Origin: Chiloscyllium plagiosum
Taxonomy: Eukaryota
Direction: 5' to 3'
DNA: 64,000 bases
Assembly: GCF_004010195.1 (NCBI RefSeq)
Contig: NC_057717.1
Span: forward strand, 102,454,849 to 102,518,848
Below the pieces are notes generated by a model. It did not search any database. It was not told the DNA's origin and saw only the letters and a program-made list of their open reading frames with translations. Position numbers and translations under genes: made by a program. Below, in pieces: positions 1-12,449 of this stretch. The stretch's first letter is position 1. The number at the start of each line of letters is the position of its first letter.

Positions 1-612
1 GGGTCAGGGTCTGGGTTGAGGTTGGGGTAAGGGTTAGTGTCATGGTCTGGGTCATAGTTAGGTTCAGGTTTAGGGTTTTGGTTAGGATTAGGGTTTGGTT
101 CAGCATTACAGGTTGGGGTAGGGTTTAGTGTCATGGTCTGGGTCAGAGTTAGGTTTAGGTTTAGGGTTAGAGTTAGGGTTAGAGTCAGGTTTATTTATTT
201 CCAGGATTGTCTTAATGGTTAAATTTGGAATACCGTTAAGGTCATGGTCAGGTTAAAATTGGCATTGGATTTAGGTTAAGTGATTAGGGATAAGGTTATG
301 GTTGGGGAATCAATGTGAAGGGTTACGGTTAAGGTTGAGATTATGGTGAGTGTCAGGGTTCGGGGTTAAGGTCGGGATAGGAGTTTGGTTGAGGGTTTAG
401 GATTGAGATTGGGGTTAGGGTGATAAATCCAATTTGTGGTTAGAGTCTGGATCAGGTTTCGGGGTTACATTTGGGTGAGGATTGGGATGAGTGATCAGTG
501 TTAACATTGGGATCAGAGTGAGTGATTAAAGTTAAGGTTAGGGTTAGGGTCTGAGTCAGGGTTAAATTTGGGGTGAAGCATTCAAATTAGTGTTTCCAAT
601 TAGGATTAGGGC
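1..612 (+). repeat. Degenerate telomere-like (TTAGGG/GGGTTA variant) G-rich array
   Basis: Recurrent ttaggg, ttagag, tcaggg and ttgggg hexamers; a 58-bp block at 20-77 recurs at 111-168. Confidence 0.75.
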
Positions 613-689
613 TCCTCTCAATTGAGAAAAAAGGCCTGCAATGGCTTTCCTGGTCAACTGTCCAATCACAAGAGCAGCTAAACTCAGAG

Positions 690-1612
690 CGAAAGATGAT
701 CATAGGAGGTATAGTTAGTAAGCTTGCAGGTGACACCAAAAGTGAAGGTGTAGTGGACAGTGAAAAAGGTAACCTCAGAGTGCAATGGGATCCTGAGGAT
801 TGACAGATGGAGTTTAATTTAGATAAATGTGAAGTGCTGCATTTTTAAAGTTTTCTTAGGGAAGGACTTAATGGGAGGGTCCTGGAGAGTTTTGCTGAAC
901 CAAGAGACCTAGGACCGCAGGTTCATAGTTCCTTGAAAATGGAGTCGCAGGTAGATAGGATAGTGAAGAAGGCGTTTGGTATGCTTTCCTTTATTGGTCA
1001 GAGTACTGAGTACAGGAGTTGGGAGGTCATGTTGTGGCTGTACGGGACATTGGTTAGGTCACTTTTGGAATACTGCGTGCAATTTTGGTCTCCCTGCTAT
1101 AGGAAGGATGTTGTGAAACTTGAAAGGGTTCAGAAAAGATTTACATTGATGTTGCCAGGGTTGGAGTGTTTGAGCTATGGGGAGAGATTGCCTAGGCTGG
1201 GGCTGTTTGCCCTGGAGCGTCAGAGGCTGAGTGGTGACCTTATAGAGGTTTATAAAATCATGAGGGGAATGGATAGGGTGAATAGTCAAGGTCTTTTCCC
1301 TGGGGGTGGGGTAGCCCAGAACTAGAGAGCATAGGTTTAAGGTGAGAGGGGAAAGATTTAAAAAGGACCTAAGAGGCAACTTTTTCATGCAGAGGGTGGT
1401 GCGTGTATAGAATGAACTGCCAGAGGAATTGGTGGAGGCTGGTACAGTTACAGCATTTAAAAGGCATCTGGATGGGTACAGGAATAAGAAGGGTTTAGAG
1501 GGATATGGGCCAAGTGCTGGCAAATGGGAGCAGATTAATTTGCGATATCTGGTCGGCATGGACGAGTTGGGCTGAAGGATCTGTTTCTGTGCTGTACATT
1601 TCTATGACTCAA
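690..1612 (+). mobile_element. CR1 (HER1-like) LINE, 5'-truncated
   Basis: ORF 933-1325 carries the CR1 ORF2 C-terminal motifs LEYCVQFWSP, LERVQKRFT and GDLIEVYKIM; 3' end with ctatgact-type tail. Confidence 0.95.
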
Positions 1613-2158
1613 TGACGTTTGGGTAAGATTGTGAAAGGTTAAATATACCTTCAGAGGAGCAGGAATTCTGATATTGGTATAGGAGAGAGGAATGTGGGCA
1701 GGGGGTAAATAAAACAAGCATATTAAATTGGATACAGTAGTCAGAACAATTAGAGGAATCTGATATCATTGATAAAATAATATTGTTCGGGGCCAATCAG
1801 CCAACTGGAGCAGGCAGGTAAGGGAGTGCCACACTGCTGTTCCTTCCAGCTAAGTCGAGCGGGTGTGAGTCAGCTGGAGACGTTAGTGTGAAACGACTCA
1901 TCCTGGAGGATTCCCACCAGGCAATCCCATATCTGACATGTAAAACGCTCGGTTTCATTCATTACATGCCCTGATTAACTGAGCCGTGGGGAAATAACTC
2001 CATTAAATGTAGTTTACACTTAGCAAACAAAAAGAAAGTCTTGCAAGAGGAGTCATGAATAGGCAGCTCCAGCATCAGACACAATGGGAACCCTGTTCTC
2101 TTGGAGCTGTGTCTGTGTGTGGTTGCATTGCTCTTAAAGCAGCACAGTGGCTCACTAG

Positions 2159-2482
2159 GGGAACAGCACGGTGGCTCAGTGGTTAGCACTGCTGCCTCAC
2201 AGCACCAGGGTCCCAAGTTTGATTCCAGCCTCGGGCGACTTTCTGTGTGGAGTTTGCCCATTCTCCCTGTGTCTGTGTGGGTTTCCTCCGGGTGCTCTGG
2301 TTTCCTCCCACTGTCCAAAGATGTGAGGGTCAGGGTGAATTGGCCATGGGAAACTGCCCATAGTGTTAGGGGCATTAGTCAAAGGGAAACGGGTCTGGGT
2401 GGGTTCCTTTTCGGACGGTTGGTGTGGACTTGTTGGGCCGAAGGGCCTGTTTCCACACTGTAGGGAATCTAATCTAATCTAA
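2159..2482 (+). mobile_element. HE1-type tRNA-derived SINE
   Basis: A box tggctcagtgg, B-box-like gtttgattcc, conserved body gtggagtttgc...ggtttcctccc, LINE-like 3' end, (aatct)n tail. Confidence 0.9.
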
Positions 2483-2517
2483 AGGGACTGGGCTGTGTGC
2501 CTGATGCAATGAAGGGA

Positions 2518-2707
2518 TGACGTGGAGGTGACGGTGTTGGACTGGGGTGCACAAAGTTAAAAATCACACAACGCCAGGTTATGGTCCAACAGGTTTATTT
2601 GGAAACACTAGCTTTCGGAGCAATGCTCCTCCACAACCACCTGATGAAGGAGTAAGTGCTTCCAAATACACTGGTTGGACTATAACCTGATGTTGTGTGA
2701 TATTTCA
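2518..2707. mobile_element. PLE family A mini fold-back element (decayed hammerheads)
   Basis: Inverted arms about 2563-2610 and 2655-2701; 11-bp TSD caatgaaggga at 2507-2517 and 2708-2718. Confidence 0.85.
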
Positions 2708-3609
2708 CAATGAAGGGAGCATCAGCGGCAATGGATTGGGACTGGTTGAGATGACTGTATAAGAGAGGGGAATAACTCATTAATAATACTCTGAAGTTAT
2801 TGGCTCTAAAACTCAATAACCACATTGCAAGGTATGTCATAGAAACTTGGAGAGTGGCCAGCACAATATTCATTTTCAAAAAGTGAGATTGAGTAATCAC
2901 AAGTTCATTTCACATTTAGGATATGGGGAAGAATGACATGTTTAATTAGAGATAGAATTACTAATTACCTGTAAAAAAAGGTGTTTTACAAAGGAACAAA
3001 GGGGAAATGTTTTGCACTTGCAGTATATTTTGATAACCCAAGGACACATTTAAAATAATTAGATAAAAGGTTTGGAAGAAATTCCACCAGAAGAATTTTC
3101 ATTTTATACCGTGTTCGGGAGAATGCACGACATTAAGTTTAAATTATGTATTTTGTTTTCTGTTTTTAAGAAGCTGGAGATGTTGTTTCAGTTTTATTCT
3201 TCGATTTGTTATTGTAGGCTTGGTGTTGAGATGTTTAGAAACCTCATTGTATAAATGCATTTTAAATGAGGAACTTTATAACCCTGGCCATGTGGAGCTG
3301 GGAATTAACAATTTAGTGCATTAAAAAAAATGCAGAGAACCCACACCGTCATCTGGAAACGGGGATCTGGGGAAACACAGAAAAAATCCAGAAGGGAGTC
3401 AGTCAGTGAGTGGACATGTATAGGTGTTAAACTCTCCAGGGTAAAAATGCTGCAAAACGGCTGGGCACTGAGTTTAAGGAACTCACGTTTGCGCCGAAGT
3501 TAAAGCAACAATGAACTTAGTCTGCAGTCCGGTCAAGGTGGATGGGCGAGAGATGGCTATTGAGAGAGAAATATCCAGTGGATGTGCAGATATTGAGAGG
3601 CATCAAGAT

Positions 3610-3895
3610 GTGGCACGGTGGTGTAGTGGTTAGCACAACGCCAGAGTCCTGGGGTCGAGCCCTTGGGCGACTACCCCTGTGGAGTTTGCACATTCCCCCG
3701 TGTCTGCGTGGGGTGCTCTGGTTTCCTCCCGCAGTCCAACAATGTGCGGGTTAGGTGGATTGACCATGCTAAATTCCCCATTGTGTTCAGGGACCTGCAG
3801 CTTAGGTGCATCGGTCTGGGTGGGTTACTCTTCGGAGGGTAGGTGTGGACTGGTTGGACCAAATGGCCTGTTTCCAGACTGTGGGGATTCTATGA
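3610..3895 (+). mobile_element. HE1-type SINE (diverged)
   Basis: Same head, body and tail as 2159-2482. Confidence 0.85.
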
Positions 3896-3934
3896 GATGG
3901 ACAGCATGGAAACAGACCCCTCAGTCCTGTCTTT

Positions 3935-4203
3935 TAAGCTGAGAGGAGAAAGATTTTAAAAATACATGAGGTGCAATTTTTTTGACACAGGAAGTGGTTC
4001 ATGTAAAGAATGAACTTCAGATGAAGTGGTGGATGTGGGTACAGTTACAATGTAAAAGACATTTGGATAAATTAGTGAAAAATAAATCTTTACAGGGAAA
4101 TGGGCCAGGAGCAGGCAGGTGCAACTAGTTTAGTTTGGGATTAAGTTCGGCCTGGACTGGTTGGGCTGAAGGATTTGTTTGTGTTGTATGTCTCTATGAC
4201 TCT
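3935..4203 (+). mobile_element. CR1 LINE 3' end
   Basis: ttttaagctgagaggagaaagatttt...ctatgactct, matching other CR1 3' ends in the window. Confidence 0.85.
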
Positions 4204-4738
4204 TGCTAATGAGCTGTGAGAGGTCTATTTGCATGAATAGCGTGCATTAACACCGCGTAATTATTTAACCATCCGTTCATTAAAATGTAGATTTCCACTC
4301 TCCCGGCCACCAGGTAGAAAGGCGATGGTGACTATTCCCCACCCGGACATCTGAGCAGGTAGCCGAGCAATCCAGCTCTCTGCTTGTTCCTTCAGACTCC
4401 ACACTAGAGATGTCTGGCAACAACAGCTCAGGGCACATGCCGTATATAGTGGCTGCACATGCCCCATATCCATAGACATTGGCATTTGAGATGTACCAGC
4501 CTCACCACAACATCGTGGCACATCACTGAGCCGCGTACCCTTCAACACTGCACTTTGGAGCTCACCAGCATTGTCCCTCACCATGCTGCTGCAAGGCCTC
4601 ACATACACACTCAGCCCATAGAGTCACATAGGGCAGAAGAGGTCCTTTGAGTCTGTATGGACAAAAAAAACTTTCAATTAACATTAATCCAACTTTCCAA
4701 CACTTGGTTCATAACCTTGAATGTTATGGCATTTCAAG

Positions 4739-6209
4739 ATGTGGAGGAGTGGTGTTGGACTGGGGTGGCAAAGTTAAAAATCACACCTTACCAGGTTATA
4801 CTCCAACAGGTTTATTTGGAAGAACTGGCTTTCGGATTTTGTACTCAAGCACTCAGGGAGATCCTCTCGGTCCAACCTTTTAAGGTGAGAGGAGAAAGAT
4901 TGAAAAAATATGTGAGGGCACAGACACACACACACACACACTCTCACAGGCATATATTCCAGCACACTCGCGCACACATGCACATACTATGTTAAGCAAG
5001 CACACACACACACGCACACGTACACACACATACTCTCCCAACCTTCATCCCCCCCACCCCACACATGCACACACTCTCTCCCTCACAAACAGACATTCTC
5101 TCACTCACTCACATGCACACACATATGCATGCACACACATATAAGATTATAAGACCCTACAACAGATAGTGAGGACGGCTGAGAGGATCATCGGGGTCTC
5201 TCTTCCCTCCATTACAGACATTTAAACCACACGCTGCATCCGAAAGGCTAAGAGCATTGTTGAAGACCCCTCACATCCCTCACTTAAACTCTTCTCCCTC
5301 CTGCCATCTGGCAGAAGGTACCGGAGCATTCAGTCTCTCACAGCCAGACTGTGCAACAGTTTCTTCCCCCGAGCCATCAGGCTCCTTAACACTGTATGAT
5401 TGGACTCTATTCCAACTGAAACTCTGTTGCCCAACTTTGAGTTGCTGCGAGAACATTGTTTTATTAATTATCATTCTATCATTACACTGTAATTTGTAAA
5501 CACTGTGCCTATTGGCTTGGTGTATCAGGAATTACTGTGCTGTCTTGTTTGCTTTGCACTTCTTATGCACTTTATGTCACCCTGTGTATGACTGTGTAGT
5601 TTGTGTTGTCCATGTAGCACATTGATCCTGGAGGAACGCTGTCTCGTTTTTACTGTATCTGTTGTATTTGGTAGAAATGTCAAATAAAGCTACTCTTGAA
5701 TTGACTCCTGACTATGGGGTGAATTTGCATATGCAGATTTGTATTGGCAGATACAATCTATTTTGTTCAAAAAGCACACAATCTGCAGGCAGTCAGTCCA
5801 TGTGACATTTTATAAATTCCTGCTTTGGAAATAGAACCAGTCTGACTCAAGATTGGAATATATACAGACTCTAACTTTATACCTTTAATACATTGTCTGA
5901 GCTGAGATATCACCTTTTTATATATATAAAACCTTCAGTTACCTCAGGAATGTGACTTGAACAAAGTTCTGGGATTTATATATTAATGAACCGGAGCCTG
6001 TATCCCCATTCGGAGTGATTAAAGACCGAACAGCAATCTAGGTTTGTTCAATATAGCGGATCAGTTGTATGATACTTTGACCTTTTACAATAAATTTGGT
6101 GTCCTACGGTCCTGCCCCACTAACTACCTGATAAAAGAGCAGCGCTCCGAAAGCTTGTACTTCCAAATAAACTTGTTGGACTACAACCCGGTGTTGTGTG
6201 ATTTTTAAC
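4739..6209 (+). mobile_element. PLE family A copy with inverted terminal arms and nested inserts
   Basis: Inverted arm 4739-4836, CA-rich tract, 3' region 5712-6209 homologous to 13180-13647; diverged TSD atgttatggcatttcaag (4721-4738) / atgttgacatttcagg (6210-6225). Confidence 0.85.
5150..5712 (+). mobile_element. Rex1/Babar LINE 3' end nested in PLE
   Basis: Translates as LQQIVRTAERIIG...DPSHP...LLPSGRRYRSI...RLCNSFFPRAIRLLN; aataaa then short ttgact-like tail. Confidence 0.85.
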
Positions 6210-6684
6210 ATGTTGACATTTCAGGTGCTCATCCACGTACTTTTAAAAGGTTGTGAGGATTCCTTCCCCCATGATCTTCCCAGGCCACGTAATGCAGATC
6301 CCCACCGCTCTCTGGGTGAAAATGTTTGGCCTCAAATTTCCTCTAAACTTCCTGGTTTTCACTTTAAAATTATGCCCCCTTGTTATTGCCTCTTCAGCTA
6401 AGGGGAACAGATGCTTCCTATCCATCCTGTCCATGGCCCTTATACTCGTACACACCTCAGGTCACCCCCAAAGAAGACAACTCGATCTTATCCAGCCTCT
6501 CTTCATTGCTGACATGCTCCATCCCAGGCAACATCCTGGTGAACCTCCTCTGCACCCCCTGCAGTGCAATCACATCCATCCTATAGTGTGGCCCAACAAA
6601 ACTGCACACAGTGCACCAGCTGTGGGCTGACCAAAGTTTATGTTGTAAACCAGTTATCGAGTTGTGTTAGCAAGTCAGAGAGGG

Positions 6685-6802
6685 AGTCATAGAGTCATAG
6701 AGATGTACAGCATGGAAACAGACCCTTCGGTCCAACCTGTCCATGCCGACCAGATATCCCAACCCAATCTAGTCCCACCTGCCAGCACCCAGCCCATATC
6801 CC
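6685..6802 (-). mobile_element. CR1 extreme 3' end
   Basis: gagtcatagagtcatagag tail plus conserved 3' UTR. Confidence 0.85.
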
Positions 6803-7127
6803 ACTGCTGAAGGACTGGGGAGGAAGAGATAGGGAGTATGGGATGAGGATTACTGCTCACCTGGAGGATAATGACCACCATAAATGTCATTTCTCTGCTG
6901 CCTTATTCATTGAAGACCTCATTATTTCTGTTCATTGGAATTTCACTGTTTCCAAAACAAACTGTGCTGGTTCAGGGTGTGCACTGGTTTGGAATCCAAA
7001 TGTCAAAAGAGACAACTGACTTCTCATGAATTCAGGGTGGAACACAATATGAAACGGAAGATTTGTAATATTGATAAAGTCAGGGCTGGGCATACCCAGG
7101 GTAAAACTCAAACTCGATTGACTAGGC

Positions 7128-7665
7128 TTGGCGACATGGTGGCTCAGTGGTTAGCACTGCTGCCTCACGGTCCCAGGTTCAATTCCAGCCCTGGGCGATT
7201 GTCTGTGTGGAATTTGCACATTCTCCCTGGGCCTGGGTGGGATTCCTCTGGGTGCTCCAGTTTCCTCCCAAAATCCAAAGATGTGCAGGCTAGGGTGGAT
7301 TAGAGTGGTGCTGGAAAAGCACAGCAGGTCAGGCAGCATCCAAGGTGCAGGAAAATTAACATCGCGGGCAAAAGCCCTTCATCAGCCATTCCTGATGAAG
7401 GGCTTTTGCCCGAAATGTCGATTTTCCTATTCCCCGGATGCTGCCTGACCTGCTGTGCTTTTCCAGCACCACTCTAATCCAGACTTGGGTTTCCAGCATC
7501 TGCAGTCCTCGTTTTTACCTCAGGTGGACTGGCCATGCTAAGTTGCTCCATAGTGTGAGGTGCATCAGTCAGAGTGAAATGGGTCTGGGTGGGTTACTCT
7601 TCAGAGGGTCGGTGTGGACTGGTTGGGCCGAAGGGCCTGTTTCCACACTGTAGGGAATCTAATGT
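7128..7665 (+). mobile_element. HE1-type SINE interrupted by PLE fold-back
   Basis: SINE head 7128-7299 resumes at 7521 (caggtggactggccatgcta). Confidence 0.9.
7296..7520. mobile_element. PLE family B mini fold-back element
   Basis: Arms 7296-7385 and 7392-7481 are reverse complements meeting at the two CTGATGA motifs; 39-nt unpaired tail; ggtgga on both flanks. Confidence 0.9.
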
Positions 7666-7679
7666 AAAATTAAAGTGGT

Positions 7680-8772
7680 ATGTGTCTGTATGTATGTGTG
7701 TATATGTGTCTGTCTATGTGTGTTTCCGTATGTGTGTGTGTGTATATGTGTCTGTCTGTCTGTGTGTGTCTGTATGTGTGCGCACGTGTGTATATATGTG
7801 TGTGTGTATATGTGTCTGTAAGTCTGTATGTGTGTGTATGTGTCTGTCTGTGTGTGTGTGTCTGTGTGTGTGTGTGTCTGTCTGGCTGTATGTGTGTGTG
7901 TGTCTGTGTGTGTNNNNNNNNNNNNNNNNNNNNNNNNNNNNNNNNNNNNNNNNNNNNNNNNNNNNNNNNNNNNNNNNNNNNNNNNNNNNNNNNNNNNNNN
8001 NNNNNNNNNNNNNNNNNNNNNNNNNNNNNNNNNNNNNNNNNNNNNNNNNNNNNNNNNNNNNNNNNNNNNNNNNNNNNNNNNNNNNNNNNNNNNNNNNNNN
8101 NNNNNNNNNNNNNNNNNNNNNNNNNNNNNNNNNNNNNNNNNNNNNNNNNNNNNNNNNNNNNNNNNNNNNNNNNNNNNNNNNNNNNNNNNNNNNNNNNNNN
8201 NNNNNNNNNNNNNNNNNNNNNNNNNNNNNNNNNNNNNNNNNNNNNNNNNNNNNNNNNNNNNNNNNNNNNNNNNNNNNNNNNNNNNNNNNNNNNNNNNNNN
8301 NNNNNNNNNNNNNNNNNNNNNNNNNNNNNNNNNNNNNNNNNNNNNNNNNNNNNNNNNNNNNNNNNNNNNNNNNNNNNNNNNNNNNNNNNNNNNNNNNNNN
8401 NNNNNNNNNNNNNNNNNNNNNNNNNNNNNNNNNNNNNNNNNNNNNNNNNNNNNNNNNNNNNNNNNNNNNNNNNNNNNNNNNNNNNNNNNNNNNNNNNNNN
8501 NNNNNNNNNNNNNNNNNNNNNNNNNNNNNNNNNNNNNNNNNNNNNNNNNNNNNNNNNNNNNNNNNNNNNNNNNNNNNNNNNNNNNNNNNNNNNNNNNNNN
8601 NNNNNNNNNNNNNNNNNNNNNNNNNNNNNNNNNNNNNNNNNNNNNNNNNNNNNNNNNNNNNNNNNNNNNGTCTGTCTGTATGTGTGTATGTGTGTGTGTG
8701 TGTATGTGTCTGTCTGTGTGTCTGTGTGTGGGTGTGTATGTGTCTGTATGTGTGTGTGTGTGTGAGTGTGTC
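7680..8772. repeat. Compound (TG)n/(TGTC)n/(TGTA)n microsatellite spanning assembly gap 7914-8669
   Basis: Directly visible on both sides of the N run. Confidence 0.95.
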
Positions 8773-9402
8773 TCACTGCACCGTCTTTGTTTATTGTTCT
8801 TTCACTCGATAAAGAAGCTTGTCCAAATCAGGTGGTTGCCCCAGACTAAGCTCTAACCTATGATTGGCTACGTAGCCTGCAGAAGGTAATATTCACAAGA
8901 CACCTGCCCAGAAAATGGACCATAATCCTGATAGCCACAGAATCCTGGGAATTGTGCCCAGGACCAGTTTATGTTGGGAAGTTAACATTTGCGTTGTAAA
9001 GAATCGATCAGTGGAAGCTGCTCAGAAGCTGCGATTAGCCTACAGATGATCTGTACCTATACCCGACACTCTATCAACCCATATACCTGAAACCCCGAGT
9101 CTCTGTGAACATTGGATGTACCTGGGGAGAAAAACGAAAACTACTCTTTCACAAAATAAACAAGCTGGCACATTGGCAGCTCCAAAACTTAGCTTCTGAA
9201 ATTTTGTTCGGTGGAACTTGTGCTTCTGTTCATGAGTGCAGGAGAACTGCATTCTACAAACCCAACTTTGACCCCCCACTGCCCCCAACAATAAGCAGAG
9301 TCAGTTTGGAGTCTGGCTAAATATTCTCTAGTTGTGACAAAGTTTATATCTAAAGAGTATTTAATAGAAGTAACAGAATAATTTCACCTTGCCTTACAGA
9401 GA

Positions 9403-9845
9403 GTAATAGAGTCATAGAGTTCTACAGCACTGGGATAGGCTCTTTGGCTCAAACTGGTCCATGCCAACCAAAATGTCCATCTACGCTAACCCCATTTCCC
9501 TGCACTTGACCCATATCTTTCTAATCCTTTCCTCTCCATGTAATTGCCCAAATGCCTTTTAAATGTTGTTAACGTACCCGCCTCAACCACTTCCACTGAC
9601 AGCTCATTCCATTTGCACACCACCCTCTGTGTAAAAAAAGTTACCCCTCAGGTTCCTTTTATTCTTTCCCCTCTAACCTTAAACTGATGTCCTCTAGTCC
9701 TCGATTCCCCAACCCTGGGAAAAAGACTGAGTGCATTCACCATATCCATGCCTCTCATGATCTTATACATCTCTGTAAGGTGCCCCCTCTGTCTCCTACG
9801 GTCTAAAGAAAAAGGTCCTAACTTGTCCAACCTCGCCCTTTGACT
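9403..9845 (-). mobile_element. CR1 LINE 3' fragment
   Basis: Minus ORF 9648-9893 with RGHLTEMYKIMRG and TRGHQFKVRG; gtcataga tail. Confidence 0.9.
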
Positions 9846-10609
9846 CAGCATGTTGTCGGGAGAGATTGGACAAGCTAGGATGTGCAGGGGCACAAAGCTC
9901 AGGAAGGCAAAAAGCAGAACCTGAGAATCCTCAAGCTATTCCCTATTAATAGTCCTCTGTATTGTGTGTCCTGTCCCAGAATTTAATTTTTCACTAAGCT
10001 GCGTCAAATTGACAGAGTGAAGGTGAAATGAGTATGTTTAACTGTGTGACAAAGACGGGAACTATTATGTTGCATTCCAAAGCCAATCAAGTTTATGTTT
10101 CACAAACCACTCCCTAACCCAGAAGAGAAAAACACACAGGAAACCTGATGAATGAGACACTGGGCCCGAGACAGAGACATTGTCCGGGGAACAGGGTGGG
10201 GTGTTGAAGTGGCAGGCAGCTGGAAGCCTACTGTCTTTTTTTGTGGACAGAACGCAGAAGCCGTTAATGTGGATTGGACAGATTGGCCATTCCAAATTGC
10301 CCATACTTTCCAGGGATGTGTGGGCTAGGCAGGATCAGCCATAGGAAATGCAGGGTTACAGGGATAGAATAGGGGGGTGGAGGGGTGGGTTTGGGTGGGA
10401 TGCTTTTTGGAGGGTCGGTGTGGACTCAATGGGCCGAATAATCTGCTTCCTGCACAGTAGAGACTCTATGTCGCACTCTCCTGCCATTTCTCTTTCCTCT
10501 TCAAGTAATTATCTGGTTCCCCTTCGATTGAATCCATTAACATCACACTCTCCAACACAGCTTGGCTGACCCTGACTCCTGGCTGCCTGCAGGTCTTAGC
10601 GAGTTTCCC

Positions 10610-10951
10610 ACTTTGACTGGGACAACACATCCATCCTAGGACAGGCCAAACAGAGACGTGCATGAGAATTCCTCGAAGCATGGCATTCCAACCAGAACTC
10701 TATCAACAAACACATCGAGTTTGACCCCATCTACCACCCCCTGAGAAAAAGAACAGGGAATGACATTACCGCAGGAAATGATGTCACCACAGGAAATGAC
10801 ATCACCAACCCAAAGCAACCCAGACATATAAACAGAAAGCAGGAATTATCAACAGTGCTTCACCCCGGAGGCCCACTGAAGATGTTACCTAGTAGGGCGA
10901 AGAAACGTCTGGAAATGAACCTCCCAGCTCAGTGAGCAAATCTACATCCAG
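10610..10951 (+). mobile_element. PLE family C 3' end (GIY-YIG C-terminus plus hammerhead)
   Basis: FDWDNTSILGQAKQRRA*EFLEAWHSNQNSINKHIEFDPIY; hammerhead 10873-10912 with weakened stem II; homologous to 40318-40610 and 55997-56142. Confidence 0.85.
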
Positions 10952-11119
10952 TGCCTGCAGATGGCAACTGAGTCTCTCCAGCGACTTCTGTTTGTGTTTC
11001 TGATATGAAGCATCCACAGTGGCTTTGTTTTATCAAAGTTATCCCCTACGACACCGCTGGCCTGCTGTTTTTGCTTAAATCCACTGATTCTCAACACCAC
11101 GCGCTAAGTGGAATGAGAG

Positions 11120-11224
11120 TTTATGCTCTAAACATCGACTGTCCTGCTGCTTGACCTGCTGTGTTTTTCCAGCGCCACACTCTTCGACTCTGATCTCCAG
11201 CATCTGGAATCCTCACCTTCTCCT
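11120..11224 (+). mobile_element. PLE family B terminal fragment
   Basis: tgacctgctgtgtttttccagc...ctccagcatctggaatcctcaccttctcct. Confidence 0.8.
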
Positions 11225-11324
11225 GGAAAGATAAACCAGCGATCACATTTCAATCGAAGGACACGTACTTGGCCTTATAAACCTTAACATGAAGCCCCAG
11301 TCCTTTCACTTCTGTGTATTAATT

Positions 11325-11665
11325 GAGGAGTGTATAAGATTACAAGGGGTATGGACAGGACAGCTGTTCCCATGGGTTGAGGGGTCAATCATGAGGTTTT
11401 AGGGGAAAGGGGCAGGAGTTTCAGAGGGCATTTGAGAGAAAAACAATTATCACTCCGAGGGTGGTGGGAATCTGGGATGTACTGCCTGGGAAGGTAGTGG
11501 AGGCTGGAAAACTTATAACCTGTCAAAAACATTTGAATGAGCCGTTGAAATATTGTACCATTCAAGGGTATGGGCTAAGTGCAGGAAACTGGGATTGGTG
11601 TGCCTTTAGTGTTGGTTAAGTCAGTGCAGACTCAATGGGCTGAAGGGCCTTTTTTGTGAATCTAT
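11325..11665 (+). mobile_element. CR1 3' fragment (old)
   Basis: gagggtggtgggaatctggga...gggctgaagggcct. Confidence 0.7.
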
Positions 11666-12127
11666 TCATTCACAGATCTGTCTAACGATTATGAATAAGA
11701 TCCTCCCTTGCCCCGGAAGCAACGCAGAATATTTGGTGAGATCCCAGCAATGTTTGGTTTGTGCAGCGAGTGAGCTGGAGGTCTATGTGACATTGGAAAC
11801 CACAAAATTACTCAAAGCACTTCAAATCCTGAGTAATGTTCCACATAATGAGAGCTGAAGTGCAAATCAAAGAAAGCTGCTTCAACTTGTAAATCTTAAT
11901 TAGCGACACAAAGGTCTTTAATTGAACTGATCACTGAATCAGATCCTGTGGTGCGTGTATTTTAATTCATTCTTGGGATGTTCGCATCAATTTATTGCCC
12001 TTCTCTACCTGCTCTTAGTTACAACTGAGTGGCTTTCTAGACTATTGAAGAGTCAATCACTTTTGTATTAGTCTGGAGTCCCATCTAGTTTAGCGGTTTT
12101 CACCCCAATAAAGACATTATTAAACCA

Positions 12128-12350
12128 AGTTAAAAGTCACACAACACCAGATTATAGTCCAACAGGTTTATTTAGAGGCACTAGCTTTTGAAGCGCTGCT
12201 CCTTCATCAGGTGATTGATGAAGGACAACTACCTGATGAAGGAGCAGTGCTCCGAAAGCTAGTGCTTCCAAATAAACCTGTTGGACTATAACCTGGTGTG
12301 GTGTGATTTTTAACTTTGTCCATCCCATTCCAACACCGGCATCTCCAAAT
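12128..12350. mobile_element. PLE family A mini fold-back element
   Basis: Arms about 12129-12213 and 12230-12314 plus about 36-nt tail; 13-bp TSD cattattaaacca at 12115-12127 and 12351-12363. Confidence 0.9.
12230..12264 (+). ncRNA. Minimal hammerhead ribozyme motif, family A
   Basis: tac-CTGATGA-a-ggagc-agt-gctcc-GAAA-gc-TA-gtg: 3-bp stem I, 5-bp stem II, palindromic AGCT in place of stem III. Confidence 0.8.
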
Positions 12351-12414
12351 CATTATTAAACCACGTTAAAAATCACACCACACCAGGTTATTGTCCAACA
12401 GGTTTATTTGGAAG

Positions 12415-12449
12415 CACTAGCTTTCGGAGTGCTGCTCCTTCATCAGGTG
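12415..12449 (-). ncRNA. Minimal hammerhead ribozyme motif, family A
   Basis: Minus strand cac-CTGATGA-a-ggag-cagca-ctcc-GAAA-gc-TA-gtg. Confidence 0.78.

Larger units (their letters stand above)
2056..2903 (+). mobile_element. Old repeat with CR1-like ORF2 remnant, interrupted by a SINE and a PLE fold-back
   Basis: After removing the two insertions it is colinear with the reverse complement of 58068-58380; WRVAS(T/A)IFIFK resembles the CR1 motif DWRxANVxPIFKKG. Confidence 0.7.
4617..6640 (-). mobile_element. CR1 LINE 3' fragment split by the PLE at 4739-6209
   Basis: 4617-4738 and 6210-6640 join into one CR1 3' region (minus ORF 6243-6455: TRGHNFKV, FTQRAVGI). Confidence 0.75.

Noticed and set aside
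1790..1940. CCAAT, CAG/GTAAGG donor and AP-1 site as promoter or first exon
   Set aside because: Short motifs without a CpG island or supporting downstream exon
4260..4615. Similarity to about 57200-57350, possibly a Harbinger-type DNA transposon relic
   Set aside because: Only a short shared stretch (tccat(a/g)gaca(t/c)tggcat); no TIRs or transposase motif I can support
7574..8856. Long ORFs of 340-410 aa
   Set aside because: Artefacts of TG microsatellite and N gap
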